A stretch of DNA of 25,801 nt from a virus. Taxonomy: Duplodnaviria; Caudoviricetes. The translations under genes and the position numbers were made by a program. Under the pieces are notes generated by a model. It was not told the DNA's origin. It saw only the letters and a program-made list of their open reading frames with translations, and ran no database searches. Below are positions 15,289 through 23,298 of this stretch, piece after piece. Within the stretch, counting starts at the first letter, position 1, and each line of letters opens with the position of its first letter. The stretch is from IMG/VR virus record IMGVR_UViG_3300031953_000091, positions 1-25,801 of that record, one strand, 5' to 3'.

Positions 15289-16860
15289 TTAGTCGGTGAC
15301 CGTTGTCGGGTCGGCCTCGGGTTCCATCCCGTTCTCGGCCTTGATCAGCGCAGCCTCGGCCGCCGCTTCCGTAGCGTTGAGGTTCGGCTGTACGGCGCGC
15401 ACGCCCGAGATGATCGAGCGAACCCGGGCGAGCATCTCCGCCTGCGTCGTCTGCGCCCGGATGAGTGGGTTCACCTGCGACACCTCGGCGAAGGTGATCT
15501 TCGGGAGCTCCTCGATCAGCGCGCCACCCTTGCCGGGGAACACGAGGCCGTCGATGGCCAGTGCGGTGCGGGCGAGGCGGGCGAGAGCAGGGCGGACGTA
15601 CAGCGCCTTCTTGTCGCGGGTGCGCTCCGAGTCGGCCTTGTCGTCGGTGACCTCAGTGGCGGTCTTCGTACCGCCCTCGTGGATACCGAAGTGCGAGACG
15701 GAGTACCCGGCGCTCTGGGCGATCTCCCGCTTGAGCGCGACGATGGTGTCGAGGTGCTCCTGCACCCGGATTGCGAACTGGCTGATGGTGATCTGTCCGC
15801 CCTTGCCGTCGTCGACGAGCCCACCAAGCGGCGAGTACACCTGACGGTTCATGTCGAATGACGCGCCCTGCCCGCGGCCGTTGAGCTGCAGGTACGACTC
15901 GGGGACCGAGAGGCGGCCCATGCCGTTGTCGAAGTCGCGCATCAGCGACGACCACAGCGCATTGATGCGAGCGAACATCGGCTCGATGCCGAAGTAGTCC
16001 GACCGGCCAAGGTTCGCGAGGTCGCCCTTGCGGTCCCAGATCGGGTGCGGCAGCATGTTCGGCATGTGCTCGACGGTGAGGTACGGCACGCCCGTGGTCA
16101 GGACGATGTCCATCGTGTCGGCCATGGGCAGTGACTCGCCATCGACGACGGGCATCAGCTTGAGATAGTGCTCGGTCTCCGTGATCGTGTCGAGGGGGAC
16201 CTGCCGGCCCTTCTCGCCCTTGTCGCCCTTCCACAGGCTGAAGGTGATCTGCCCGGGCGTGTGCCGCTCCATGAGGCGGTAGGTGTCATCCTTGCGCTGG
16301 TACTCCGACCACAACGTGACCGCGGACAGGGCACCGTGGCGCCACTCGGGGATGGCGCAGTCGGCGCGGTACGCACGAAACCAGACGTTGTCGCGGAAGC
16401 TCTTGTCCCACACCACCGCGAGGTACGTCCACCCGTGCGCGGCCTGATACTCACCAGCGCGCAGCAGTTCAGCATGCGCGGCATCCGACGACATGATGAC
16501 GTCGAGGCGCTCCTGCGCCTGCACCCGCTCCGGTGTCGCATTCGCATCCGCGGTGTCGACAGAGTCAGGCAGGACAATGCTCGGCGCCTCAGCGAACAGC
16601 AGGTCCGCGGACAGCTGCGCGAGGTCACCGGCGACGGGGATCGACAGGGACGAACGGTTCTCGCCCACCGGCGTTCCGATGATGCCCTTGGATACGGCGC
16701 CGACGATGCCGCCGGAGTACGGCTGACCGTTGTGCATGTGCGTGGCTGGCTGGCCCTGCTGGTCAGGGATCGCGTTGACGTCGTTGGCGTACAGGGCATC
16801 GTAGATGAGCAGCTGCTTGAACGCCTCGTCGTACGGCGCCGGGGGGAAAGTGTCAGCCAT
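15289..16860 (-). CDS. Portal protein (SPP1 gp6 / A118-like)
   Basis: 523 aa after TerL; SADLLFAEAP, LGRSDY, VPESYL, QFAIRVQEH, GYSVSHFG...TATEV; GGAGG RBS. Confidence 0.92.
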   Translation of the reverse strand: MADTFPPAPYDEAFKQLLIYDALYANDVNAIPDQQGQPATHMHNGQPYSGGIVGAVSKGIIGTPVGENRSSLSIPVAGDLAQLSADLLFAEAPSIVLPDSVDTADANATPERVQAQERLDVIMSSDAAHAELLRAGEYQAAHGWTYLAVVWDKSFRDNVWFRAYRADCAIPEWRHGALSAVTLWSEYQRKDDTYRLMERHTPGQITFSLWKGDKGEKGRQVPLDTITETEHYLKLMPVVDGESLPMADTMDIVLTTGVPYLTVEHMPNMLPHPIWDRKGDLANLGRSDYFGIEPMFARINALWSSLMRDFDNGMGRLSVPESYLQLNGRGQGASFDMNRQVYSPLGGLVDDGKGGQITISQFAIRVQEHLDTIVALKREIAQSAGYSVSHFGIHEGGTKTATEVTDDKADSERTRDKKALYVRPALARLARTALAIDGLVFPGKGGALIEELPKITFAEVSQVNPLIRAQTTQAEMLARVRSIISGVRAVQPNLNATEAAAEAALIKAENGMEPEADPTTVTD

Positions 16861-16893
16861 GAGACCTCCAAGGGGTTATGAGCCCCGAAGGGA

Positions 16894-18174
16894 TTAGGCG
16901 GCGTCGAGTTGGAACTGCCAGTTCGAGCGGGGTGTATAGATGCCGTAGCGGCCCGCGTCGAGGGAGTCGTCTTCGTCCTTCACGACTTCGTCTTCACCCT
17001 TGGCTGTCGCTTTCGGGTCCCACCGGTACTCGGTGATCTCCGCGTTCCAGCCCTTGCAGCGGTCGGTGACGAGCAGTTGGTTGTTGGACAGCAGTCGGGA
17101 GATCGCGCCGACGCCCTTGAGAACGTCGTTGTGCGCGGTCTGCAGGGACATCTCATCGAACTTCCGCAGCTCGGCAGAGAAGTGCGCGGCAGCCGGGTCG
17201 ACGATTGTGTATTCCGGGGCGAACTCTGCTTCGTGCGGGGAGTGCTTCTCCCGAGTCCACGTGCGGTAGAGCACGGCTTGATCGGACGGGGCGAGTGTGG
17301 CGCCGTAGTGGTCCCGTGGGTCATAACGCCACTCATCCATGAGGACCAGGCGCGGCTTCTTCTCAGCGGTGATGCCGACACGAAGAGCAGCGGAGGCGTG
17401 CGAGACGGCGAAGTCGATGCCGTCCGAGAGGACCCGTGCGATGCGTGGCATCTTGTCGAACTCGATCACATGCCGTGCCGGGTCCCACATCGGGTACACA
17501 GCGCCGGCGGCGTTCGTCCACTGGCCGAGGATCATGCGGTCGTAGAACACACCCGAGAACGAGCGCTTCATGCGCGCTTCGTAGCCCTCGGGCAGCTTCG
17601 GGTTGTCGGCCATCGTGAGGTGGAAGTGGATGACGTCTTTCTCGTCGGCCTTGAGGATCCACTCTTTGCGCATCCAGTGGTTCATGGATGCGGGGTTCAT
17701 GGTGGCGAGGATGCGGGCACCGTCGACGCGGAGCCGGGTGACGAGCATGTTCCAGAACGCCTCAGGCAGCAGTGTCGCTTCATCCACGAGGGCGAGCACA
17801 ACAGTTTTTCCCTGAATCTTGGCGACGGACTCGGCGTTGTTCGCACCGATCAGTAGCACCTCGCGGCCAAGGATGACCGCCGACGTCGCACCCGGTGTGT
17901 ACGCGACCTGGTTGCAGATCGTCGCACCGAAGATGTCCCGGTCCTGCAACAGTACGAAGATGTTGGCGTAGATCGTCGCCAGCGTCTTACCGACGACGAT
18001 GATCAGGCCCTTGCGCGGCGCCATCCGAACAGCGATCAGGAACGCGATCACCTGCGCAACAGTCTTGCCCGCCGACACCGCACCGGACCAGAGTGAGATA
18101 GTCCGTTTGGCGCTGTCGACGATGGAGAGCAGCTGAGCCTTTGACACCTGACCGAGTAGACCCTCAAGCCCCAT
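16894..18174 (-). CDS. terL: Terminase large subunit (PBSX-like)
   Basis: Walker A-like GAVSAGKT, Walker B LVDEA, motif III ATMNP, nuclease GIDF, VDPAA, DDSLDAGRY. Confidence 0.95.
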   Translation of the reverse strand: MGLEGLLGQVSKAQLLSIVDSAKRTISLWSGAVSAGKTVAQVIAFLIAVRMAPRKGLIIVVGKTLATIYANIFVLLQDRDIFGATICNQVAYTPGATSAVILGREVLLIGANNAESVAKIQGKTVVLALVDEATLLPEAFWNMLVTRLRVDGARILATMNPASMNHWMRKEWILKADEKDVIHFHLTMADNPKLPEGYEARMKRSFSGVFYDRMILGQWTNAAGAVYPMWDPARHVIEFDKMPRIARVLSDGIDFAVSHASAALRVGITAEKKPRLVLMDEWRYDPRDHYGATLAPSDQAVLYRTWTREKHSPHEAEFAPEYTIVDPAAAHFSAELRKFDEMSLQTAHNDVLKGVGAISRLLSNNQLLVTDRCKGWNAEITEYRWDPKATAKGEDEVVKDEDDSLDAGRYGIYTPRSNWQFQLDAA

Positions 18175-18685
18175 CGGCTGGTGTCTCGTCCTGAGCGCGC
18201 AACGCCTCCGCAGCAGCCGCGAATCCAGCTGCCAGAGTGTCCAGCGTGCCCACAGCTTCGTCGAGCCCGCCATTGTCCTTCTCGAGGATGCGCGTGGACT
18301 TATCGAACGCGATGCCCGCAGCGACCATGATTGTGCGCTGAGCATCCACAGGGGCGATATCGAGAACTGCCTCAGCGAAGGTGTTGTCCTTGCCGCCAAA
18401 GTTGTACACCTTGAACGGCTTGTTGATTGAGTCGAGCATGTCGTGCGTGACGGTCATCATCTTCTGCACGAGCAGGTGACGCGACTCCGCCAGGTCGACA
18501 GTGTGAGCACGGACAGCGAGCGACGTTCGCTCCCGATCAAACGAGAGCTTCGCCTTCGCCGCCCAGCGACTCACGGTCGCCGGCGAAACACCGAGCATCT
18601 TCGCTATCGCATTGCACGAGAGACCCTGATCGAACAGCTCCCGAGCCTTCGCGCCCTTTTCCGTGAGGAATGTTGCACGTGCCAC
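18164..18685 (-). CDS. terS: Terminase small subunit (N-terminal HTH)
   Basis: GTG 18685 with GAGGTG RBS; GLSCNAIAKMLGVSPATVSRWA; overlaps the TerL start. Confidence 0.85.
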   Translation of the reverse strand: MARATFLTEKGAKARELFDQGLSCNAIAKMLGVSPATVSRWAAKAKLSFDRERTSLAVRAHTVDLAESRHLLVQKMMTVTHDMLDSINKPFKVYNFGGKDNTFAEAVLDIAPVDAQRTIMVAAGIAFDKSTRILEKDNGGLDEAVGTLDTLAAGFAAAAEALRAQDETPADGA

Positions 18686-18755
18686 AAGATCACCTCGATT
18701 GGAATGTTGGGCTGCACGGCGACGCCTGGACGCTGTGGGGATGCTTTGGGCATGC

Positions 18756-18785
18756 AAAAAGCCCCCACCGGTGAGGTGAGGGCTT
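18756..18785 (-). terminator. Intrinsic terminator upstream of terS
   Basis: AAGCCCTCACC-TCACC-GGTGGGGGCTTTTT: GC stem followed by U5. Confidence 0.75.
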
Positions 18786-18805
18786 CGGGGTGTTGCTGTG
18801 TTCGG

Positions 18806-19024
18806 TTACCGTTCGGCCCAGTTGAGGGCTGCGCCTTCGCGTTCCCATGTTCGGCCGGAGGTGCTGCCCGTCCATTCCTGAATCTGGGCGGTGGCGAAGT
18901 ATCGGTCTGCACTGGTGCGGCGCTCAATGTCGTCGCGGGCGGCGTCGAACGTGTCGTAGATGCCGTGGACCATGGAACAGTCGTAGGACTCATCGGTGAT
19001 GACGAGGAAGTGGGAGGGGTCCAT
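18806..19024 (-). CDS. Hypothetical protein
   Basis: 72 aa, TAAGGA RBS; VHGIYDTFDAA...IQEW pattern typical of small phage proteins. Confidence 0.7.
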   Translation of the reverse strand: MDPSHFLVITDESYDCSMVHGIYDTFDAARDDIERRTSADRYFATAQIQEWTGSTSGRTWEREGAALNWAER

Positions 19025-19145
19025 GCGATGTCCTTACCGGTCGGGGTTTCGGAGAATTCCGCGTGTTTATGCGGTTCTTGCTTGTGGCGCGGAGTCAAAC
19101 CCCCGTGTTTGGGGTAAGAATCACGCTGTCTACCGGGTGATGTGA

Positions 19146-19583
19146 TCAGGGCAGGAGCTTCAGCCGGTACAGTCCGCTGACGATCTCTGCCGTGATGTCA
19201 CCGACGGCATAGGCGAGGGGTTCGTTGTTGCCTAAAAAGATGCCGCGCGCTCTGCTTTCCCACCCAGGTACGTGATCCATGAAGAAGATCACGGCCGCTG
19301 CGTGAGTTGCTTCGTGCGCGATCGTGCGAGTAGTGATCTGCCCGGTCCACAGGCGAATGACGAGTACAGGGCCAGGGTCGGGGCTTGGCCACTCGAATCC
19401 TGCACGTGTCTGAACAGCCATGCCGCCGGCGACGTCCTGGCCGGGCTCCCATGTGCGGCCGCGTGCTTTCGCGTGGGCCTTCTGCATCTCAACCTTGTCG
19501 TCGTAGATGTGGACGTAGATCTGACGGCGGATGCCTGATCCATCATGCGAGGAGCGAGTCGCCACGCGGAATCGGGAGATCAT
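19146..19583 (-). CDS. Putative zincin-like metallopeptidase (HExxH)
   Basis: 145 aa; TIAHEATHAA with a downstream Glu in NNEPLAY. Confidence 0.65.
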   Translation of the reverse strand: MISRFRVATRSSHDGSGIRRQIYVHIYDDKVEMQKAHAKARGRTWEPGQDVAGGMAVQTRAGFEWPSPDPGPVLVIRLWTGQITTRTIAHEATHAAAVIFFMDHVPGWESRARGIFLGNNEPLAYAVGDITAEIVSGLYRLKLLP

Positions 19584-19589
19584 GGGTTC

Positions 19590-20150
19590 CCGTCTACTCG
19601 ATGGGGGTTCCGGCTGCCGCGCAGGATGACCAGCGACATAAAAGGGTTAGCGCCTTCAGGGGTCCTTCACTGCAATGCGGGACAGCGTTGACGCAGCGGC
19701 CGGAAAGGATGACCGCCCCAGGGAGTAGCTGGGGCGGGAGAATGTGGGGGCCGTATGCGTCTGCGGCGAACCAGCTCGTGTTTCGGCTCATGTCTGCGCC
19801 CGATCGGCCCTGTTGACCTACGCGCTCCGGTTTGATCGTCCGTGCTCTCGCTCGGGACGTGGGCTTTCCGTTGCCCTGCTCGTTATCTGCCGCCCCTGAG
19901 CTTGGGGTGAACGGGTGCGCCCTGTGGGAACACTGGCAAGTTTTGGGGGCGGGCGACCTTGTGAGTCGCCCACCAGCTCGTTTTTTCCTGCTCCCGCGGA
20001 GAGCTACACCGCTACGTCTGGGACTTCCCGGCCCCGGCAAGTGGTCCCCTGTGAGTCGTCGTCCGCCTGTTTTCATGGCTCAGCGCACGGCATCGAGTGG
20101 AGATTGCGCCTGCTGGCCTGCAGTTTGGTGAGCGGGTGTGGCTACTAGGG
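19590..20150 (-). ncRNA. Candidate structured non-coding RNA / late leader
   Basis: No credible ORF; several hairpins (19951-19971, 19861-19876, 19837-19859, 19713-19737) and internal repeats; downstream of the putative late promoter. Family not recognised. Confidence 0.4.
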
Positions 20151-20159
20151 GTTGGAGTG

Positions 20160-20208
20160 TGTCCCACCGGGACACCTACGGGACATGCCTGGGTGTCCCG
20201 GTGGGACA
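20160..20208. repeat. Perfect 17-bp inverted repeat containing five GGGACA/TGTCCC hexamers
   Basis: TGTCCCACCGGGACACC-N15-GGTGTCCCGGTGGGACA. Confidence 0.9.
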
Positions 20209-20211
20209 GGT

Positions 20212-20259
20212 AAAGCCCCGGTCACATCCGCCAATCGGCGGGAAAGACAAGGGCTTTTT
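20212..20259. terminator. Bidirectional terminator-like hairpin
   Basis: AAAGCCCCGGTC...CCGCC-AATC-GGCGG...GACAAGGGCTTTTT; T5 on the plus strand, T3 on the minus strand. Confidence 0.55.
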
Positions 20260-20283
20260 GAACAGTTGAGACAGCTATGCTGC

Positions 20284-20318
20284 TGTTACCGATTGTAACA
20301 TCAAGTGAAACATTTACA
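20284..20318 (-). promoter_or_regulatory. Putative late promoter (extended -10) with operator-like repeats
   Basis: TGTTACAAT (20300-20292) = TGn + TACAAT; direct repeats TGTTTCA/TGTTACA 12 bp apart; palindrome TGTTAC-N5-GTAACA (20284-20300); AT-rich island. Confidence 0.65.
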
Positions 20319-20353
20319 CCTATCGACAAGCAAACACGCCGGTTGGGTTTCGA

Positions 20354-20560
20354 TCAGGTCCGTTTCTTGGGCGTCCTCCCGTCAAATGTGGCCCTCTCCG
20401 TCTCGGTGATGTCGGACCTGCGCACGAGCACGCGGTGGCTGCCCGGCGTGGTGAGCGTTCTCACGTACTCGGCTTGAATCCACCGCCAGATGGTTTGGCG
20501 GTGGCGCTTCGTGACTGCCGTGGCTTCCCTGATGCTCATCCAGGCTGCCGAGTCGGTCAC
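20354..20560 (-). CDS. Small HTH DNA-binding protein (MerR/excisionase-like)
   Basis: WMSIREATAVTKRHRQTIWRWIQAEYV; GTGA overlap with the upstream gene. Confidence 0.8.
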   Translation of the reverse strand: MTDSAAWMSIREATAVTKRHRQTIWRWIQAEYVRTLTTPGSHRVLVRRSDITETERATFDGRTPKKRT

Positions 20561-21423
20561 GCTGCCCACCTCTTGGACGTGTGCGCGGCGAGGAATGCGC
20601 GTTCCGCTGCCACCCGCTCGGCCTTGACTCGCCGCTTCTCGATTGCCCTTACCGCGCGCGTCTCGGCAAGCTCAGCGGCTTTCCGCTCGCGAATGGCCGA
20701 CGTGACCTTGTCGAGCTGCGAGGCTGCGAGGATCGCATACAGCGTGTCATCCACCACGAACCCGCAATCCAGCGTCGAGCACTCGATACTGATCGCGCCG
20801 TCGAAGTCGAGCGGCGGTTTCCATAGGAGAGTGAGCTGACGGCATTCCCAGCACCTCACGTTCTTCACCTGGTGTTCGACGTCCTCGAACGGGTGCTGCG
20901 CGAGTGCGTTCTGCATCAGGCGGAAGAAGCGAACGGCAGCCTCAGCGCCATCGCCCCGTGACACCCACTCGTCGGCGTCGATCAGGTCGAGGTAACGCTC
21001 GGTGATGGCGTCGACCTCGAACACGCTCGCATCGGACGGGAACCCTGGCGCCGGGTGGCCGAGGAGCATGATCAGCTCGTCGGCTGTGCGCCACGTATTC
21101 GGGATTGGCAGGATCCATGTCGCCGAGGTTCGGATGCCGTTCTTGTCGAGTTGCTGCGCCCGTTCGATTGAACATAGGTGGGTGATCATATCGAGGGCGA
21201 TTTTCAGGGCCTCGCGCGTCTTCTCGAAGCACGAGTAGCAGAGGGCGCCGTGCTCGGCAGGCGCCGGCAAGCATCCCTTGCATTCGAGGTTCGACGGGTA
21301 GGAGCATTCGGCCTCTCGGTCGTACTGCCATTCCATGCCGTCGCAGTTGCTGGCGTGCTGGTCACGGATGACACACGATCTGATGTCTTCCATCGTCACG
21401 GTGACGCAGGGCAGGTAGCTCAT
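20557..21423 (-). CDS. Cys-rich hypothetical protein, probable late-gene regulator
   Basis: 288 aa; H...C, C.GC, LCYSC, CWEC...CSTLDC motifs; last large gene before the late promoter. Function inferred from position. Confidence 0.7.
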   Translation of the reverse strand: MSYLPCVTVTMEDIRSCVIRDQHASNCDGMEWQYDREAECSYPSNLECKGCLPAPAEHGALCYSCFEKTREALKIALDMITHLCSIERAQQLDKNGIRTSATWILPIPNTWRTADELIMLLGHPAPGFPSDASVFEVDAITERYLDLIDADEWVSRGDGAEAAVRFFRLMQNALAQHPFEDVEHQVKNVRCWECRQLTLLWKPPLDFDGAISIECSTLDCGFVVDDTLYAILAASQLDKVTSAIRERKAAELAETRAVRAIEKRRVKAERVAAERAFLAAHTSKRWAA

Positions 21424-21512
21424 TCGTGGTGCCCCCAGATATCGCGGATGATCACTGTTATGGCGATCACCGCAGCGACGATCACGATCGCCGTGTTGTT
21501 GTCCATGCTCAT
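21420..21512 (-). CDS. 30-aa single-pass membrane peptide
   Basis: MSMDNNTAIVIVAAVIAITVIIRDIWGHHE; ATGA overlaps at both ends; below the ORF-track cutoff. Confidence 0.7.
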   Translation of the reverse strand: MSMDNNTAIVIVAAVIAITVIIRDIWGHHE

Positions 21513-21790
21513 TCGTCTTCTCCGTTCGTTTGGATGTGGATCAGGGCCCGGCCCTCGGCGTCGGTGGCGCACGCGCCGTGTTCGCCGCACTCACTGCACG
21601 GCTCGTTCTGAAACGTTGCCGTTTCGTCGAGGTCGGTCGGCTCGGGGTTCCAGATGCCGAGGGGGTGCTGGGCGTCGGCGACGTCCTGCCAGAACTCGTC
21701 ATCAGTGAGGGCGGCGCGGAGATCCCGTGTCGGGCACTCCACCCCGGCGATGCGCGGCGCCGGCGGCTGGGGCGCATGCTCAGCGGTCAT
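21509..21790 (-). CDS. Hypothetical protein (PCSECGEHGAC Zn motif)
   Basis: 93 aa, ATGA overlaps. Confidence 0.75.
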   Translation of the reverse strand: MTAEHAPQPPAPRIAGVECPTRDLRAALTDDEFWQDVADAQHPLGIWNPEPTDLDETATFQNEPCSECGEHGACATDAEGRALIHIQTNGEDE

Positions 21791-22008
21791 CCTCGATACG
21801 CCTTGAGCTTGTGGCCCGCAGTGACCATGTGGCGCAGCACCTCAACCCGCATGAGTGCGCTGGCGAGCATCGGCGCGAATTGCCCGGTGTTGTCGTACAG
21901 CACCGGCTTTCCGTCGCCGCGCTTGACGACGTAATGCCATGTGCGGTGTTTGCCGCGCCCTGTTGACCAGACGCGCGCCCTCACCTTGCCCTCCGTGTCG
22001 TTCATCAT
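21787..22008 (-). CDS. Hypothetical protein
   Basis: MMNDTEGKVRARVW..., AGGAG RBS, ATGA overlaps. Confidence 0.7.
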   Translation of the reverse strand: MMNDTEGKVRARVWSTGRGKHRTWHYVVKRGDGKPVLYDNTGQFAPMLASALMRVEVLRHMVTAGHKLKAYRG

Positions 22009-22211
22009 TCGGTCTCCTGCTTTCTGACTGGGATCGTCCACAGTCGGGTGTACTTGCTGAATACGGGTTCGCCCAGGTCTTCGGGAGCGACACCGCGGGA
22101 ATGGATCTCAGAGGCGACGCGCTCCATGCCCATCGCCTCGGCGTCGGCCGCCTTGATGCGGAACTCGACGGCGCCGCCGGGCTTCTTCGCGAGGTGCACG
22201 CGCTCATCCAC
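22005..22211 (-). CDS. Hypothetical protein
   Basis: GTG 22211 (VDERVHLAKK...); stop overlaps the next start; start uncertain. Confidence 0.6.
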   Translation of the reverse strand: MDERVHLAKKPGGAVEFRIKAADAEAMGMERVASEIHSRGVAPEDLGEPVFSKYTRLWTIPVRKQETE

Positions 22212-22256
22212 GGGGCGCCCCAATGAGGATGGCGACCGCGGCGATGAGTGCGTGGG

Positions 22257-22613
22257 TCATGACTGCACCGCCTGAATGACTTCGCGCTTCGGGTATGTGC
22301 ACGTCCCTGGCTTTGAGCAAGGTGCCCAGTCGAAAGTTGGGATCTTGCACTCGATCACTCTCTCCGTGCGCGGTGGCGTCCACCCTGCAGCAATCACCGC
22401 TTCAGCAATGTGCCGATCTAGCGGCCTCACCTCAGCGAGCCCAACAGAATGACACCCGCACTGCACCTCGACAGCCGTCGCGATTACTTGGGCCAGGGAC
22501 TCGACGGGGTCGCTAGATTTGCGGGCAGTCAGCCATGCCATGAACTCCTGCTTGCCTACATTCGGCGACTTGTCGATAAGGATCTCTTTGAGCTTGTCCG
22601 AGACATCACTCAT
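22257..22613 (-). CDS. Hypothetical protein
   Basis: MSDVSDKL..., GGAGG RBS; CGC...RHIAEAVIAAGW motif. Confidence 0.7.
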   Translation of the reverse strand: MSDVSDKLKEILIDKSPNVGKQEFMAWLTARKSSDPVESLAQVIATAVEVQCGCHSVGLAEVRPLDRHIAEAVIAAGWTPPRTERVIECKIPTFDWAPCSKPGTCTYPKREVIQAVQS

Positions 22614-23092
22614 GACAACACCTCCACGGGGTAGCGGATCGAGGCGCTTTCGAACCGGCACGGCATCGGCGCGTCGTCGTCCTCGTGCGTGTATGAGGTC
22701 GCCCAGTAGTCGCCCTCTTCATCGCTGTAGATGATCCACGGACGGTGGGATGCGTCACGGATCTGCACGGATTCGCCATTATCCGCGGCCTTGTCAACGA
22801 TCTGATCGAGGTCGTGAACTGTGCCAGTGGTCGGCGACTGGGACAACTTCACCAGCATCGCGTCAGTCAGCGGGGCCTCCGAGTCGTAGCACTCCCGAAA
22901 GAACGGGTGTCTGGCAATCCTGTCCCACGCTTCGATCCGCTCGTCGACTGGCTCGGGAGTAGTCGGCGACTCAGCGGCTTCGAGGGCTACGAGCATGCGC
23001 TGAAGCGTTACCTTCGCGACACGCGGAATGTCGAAGCTGGATTTTGGATCAGCCAATATCTTGGCGTTCTCGATCAGTTCCTTGTTGCTCAT
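22610..23092 (-). CDS. Hypothetical protein
   Basis: MSNKELIENAK..., GGAG RBS, ATGA overlaps. Confidence 0.7.
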   Translation of the reverse strand: MSNKELIENAKILADPKSSFDIPRVAKVTLQRMLVALEAAESPTTPEPVDERIEAWDRIARHPFFRECYDSEAPLTDAMLVKLSQSPTTGTVHDLDQIVDKAADNGESVQIRDASHRPWIIYSDEEGDYWATSYTHEDDDAPMPCRFESASIRYPVEVLS

Positions 23093-23298
23093 TTCTTTTC
23101 CTCCATCAGGCGGGCGACGCTGAATGCCAGCGTCGGATTCAGCTCTTGCAAACCGGTGGCAGCAGTCTCGGCTTCGGGTTTCGTATCCCATCCGCTCGCG
23201 TGCATCTTGAGCGCGGTCGTGCCTCTCGGCGACACCCAGACAGCCCGCTTCATCTCGGCACTCTTGACCTTGATCCCAAAGCTCATCGAATTGCTCAT
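23089..23298 (-). CDS. Hypothetical protein
   Basis: 69 aa, GAGG RBS, ATGA overlaps. Confidence 0.7.
   Translation of the reverse strand: MSNSMSFGIKVKSAEMKRAVWVSPRGTTALKMHASGWDTKPEAETAATGLQELNPTLAFSVARLMEEKK

Noticed and set aside
2359-17856. Many long plus-strand ORFs (e.g. 2359..3171, 7566..8453, 13729..14514, 14719..15861, 16909..17856)
   Set aside because: Antisense shadows expected in high-GC coding DNA; no recognisable motifs, unlike 10176..11054.
16894-18174. Possible intein in the terminase large subunit
   Set aside because: Normal length (~426 aa), no Hint motifs.
19776-19800. CATGAGCCGAAAC as a hammerhead ribozyme core
   Set aside because: Lacks the CUGANGA consensus and a stem II.
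19594-20076. 160-aa minus-strand ORF in the late leader
   Set aside because: G/R/P/S-rich, no RBS or codon bias; the region is better explained by RNA structure.
6160-20350. CCAAC pentamer in most late intergenic regions
   Set aside because: Short, and explained by the C/A-rich leader composition of actinobacterial genes; enrichment cannot be shown by eye.
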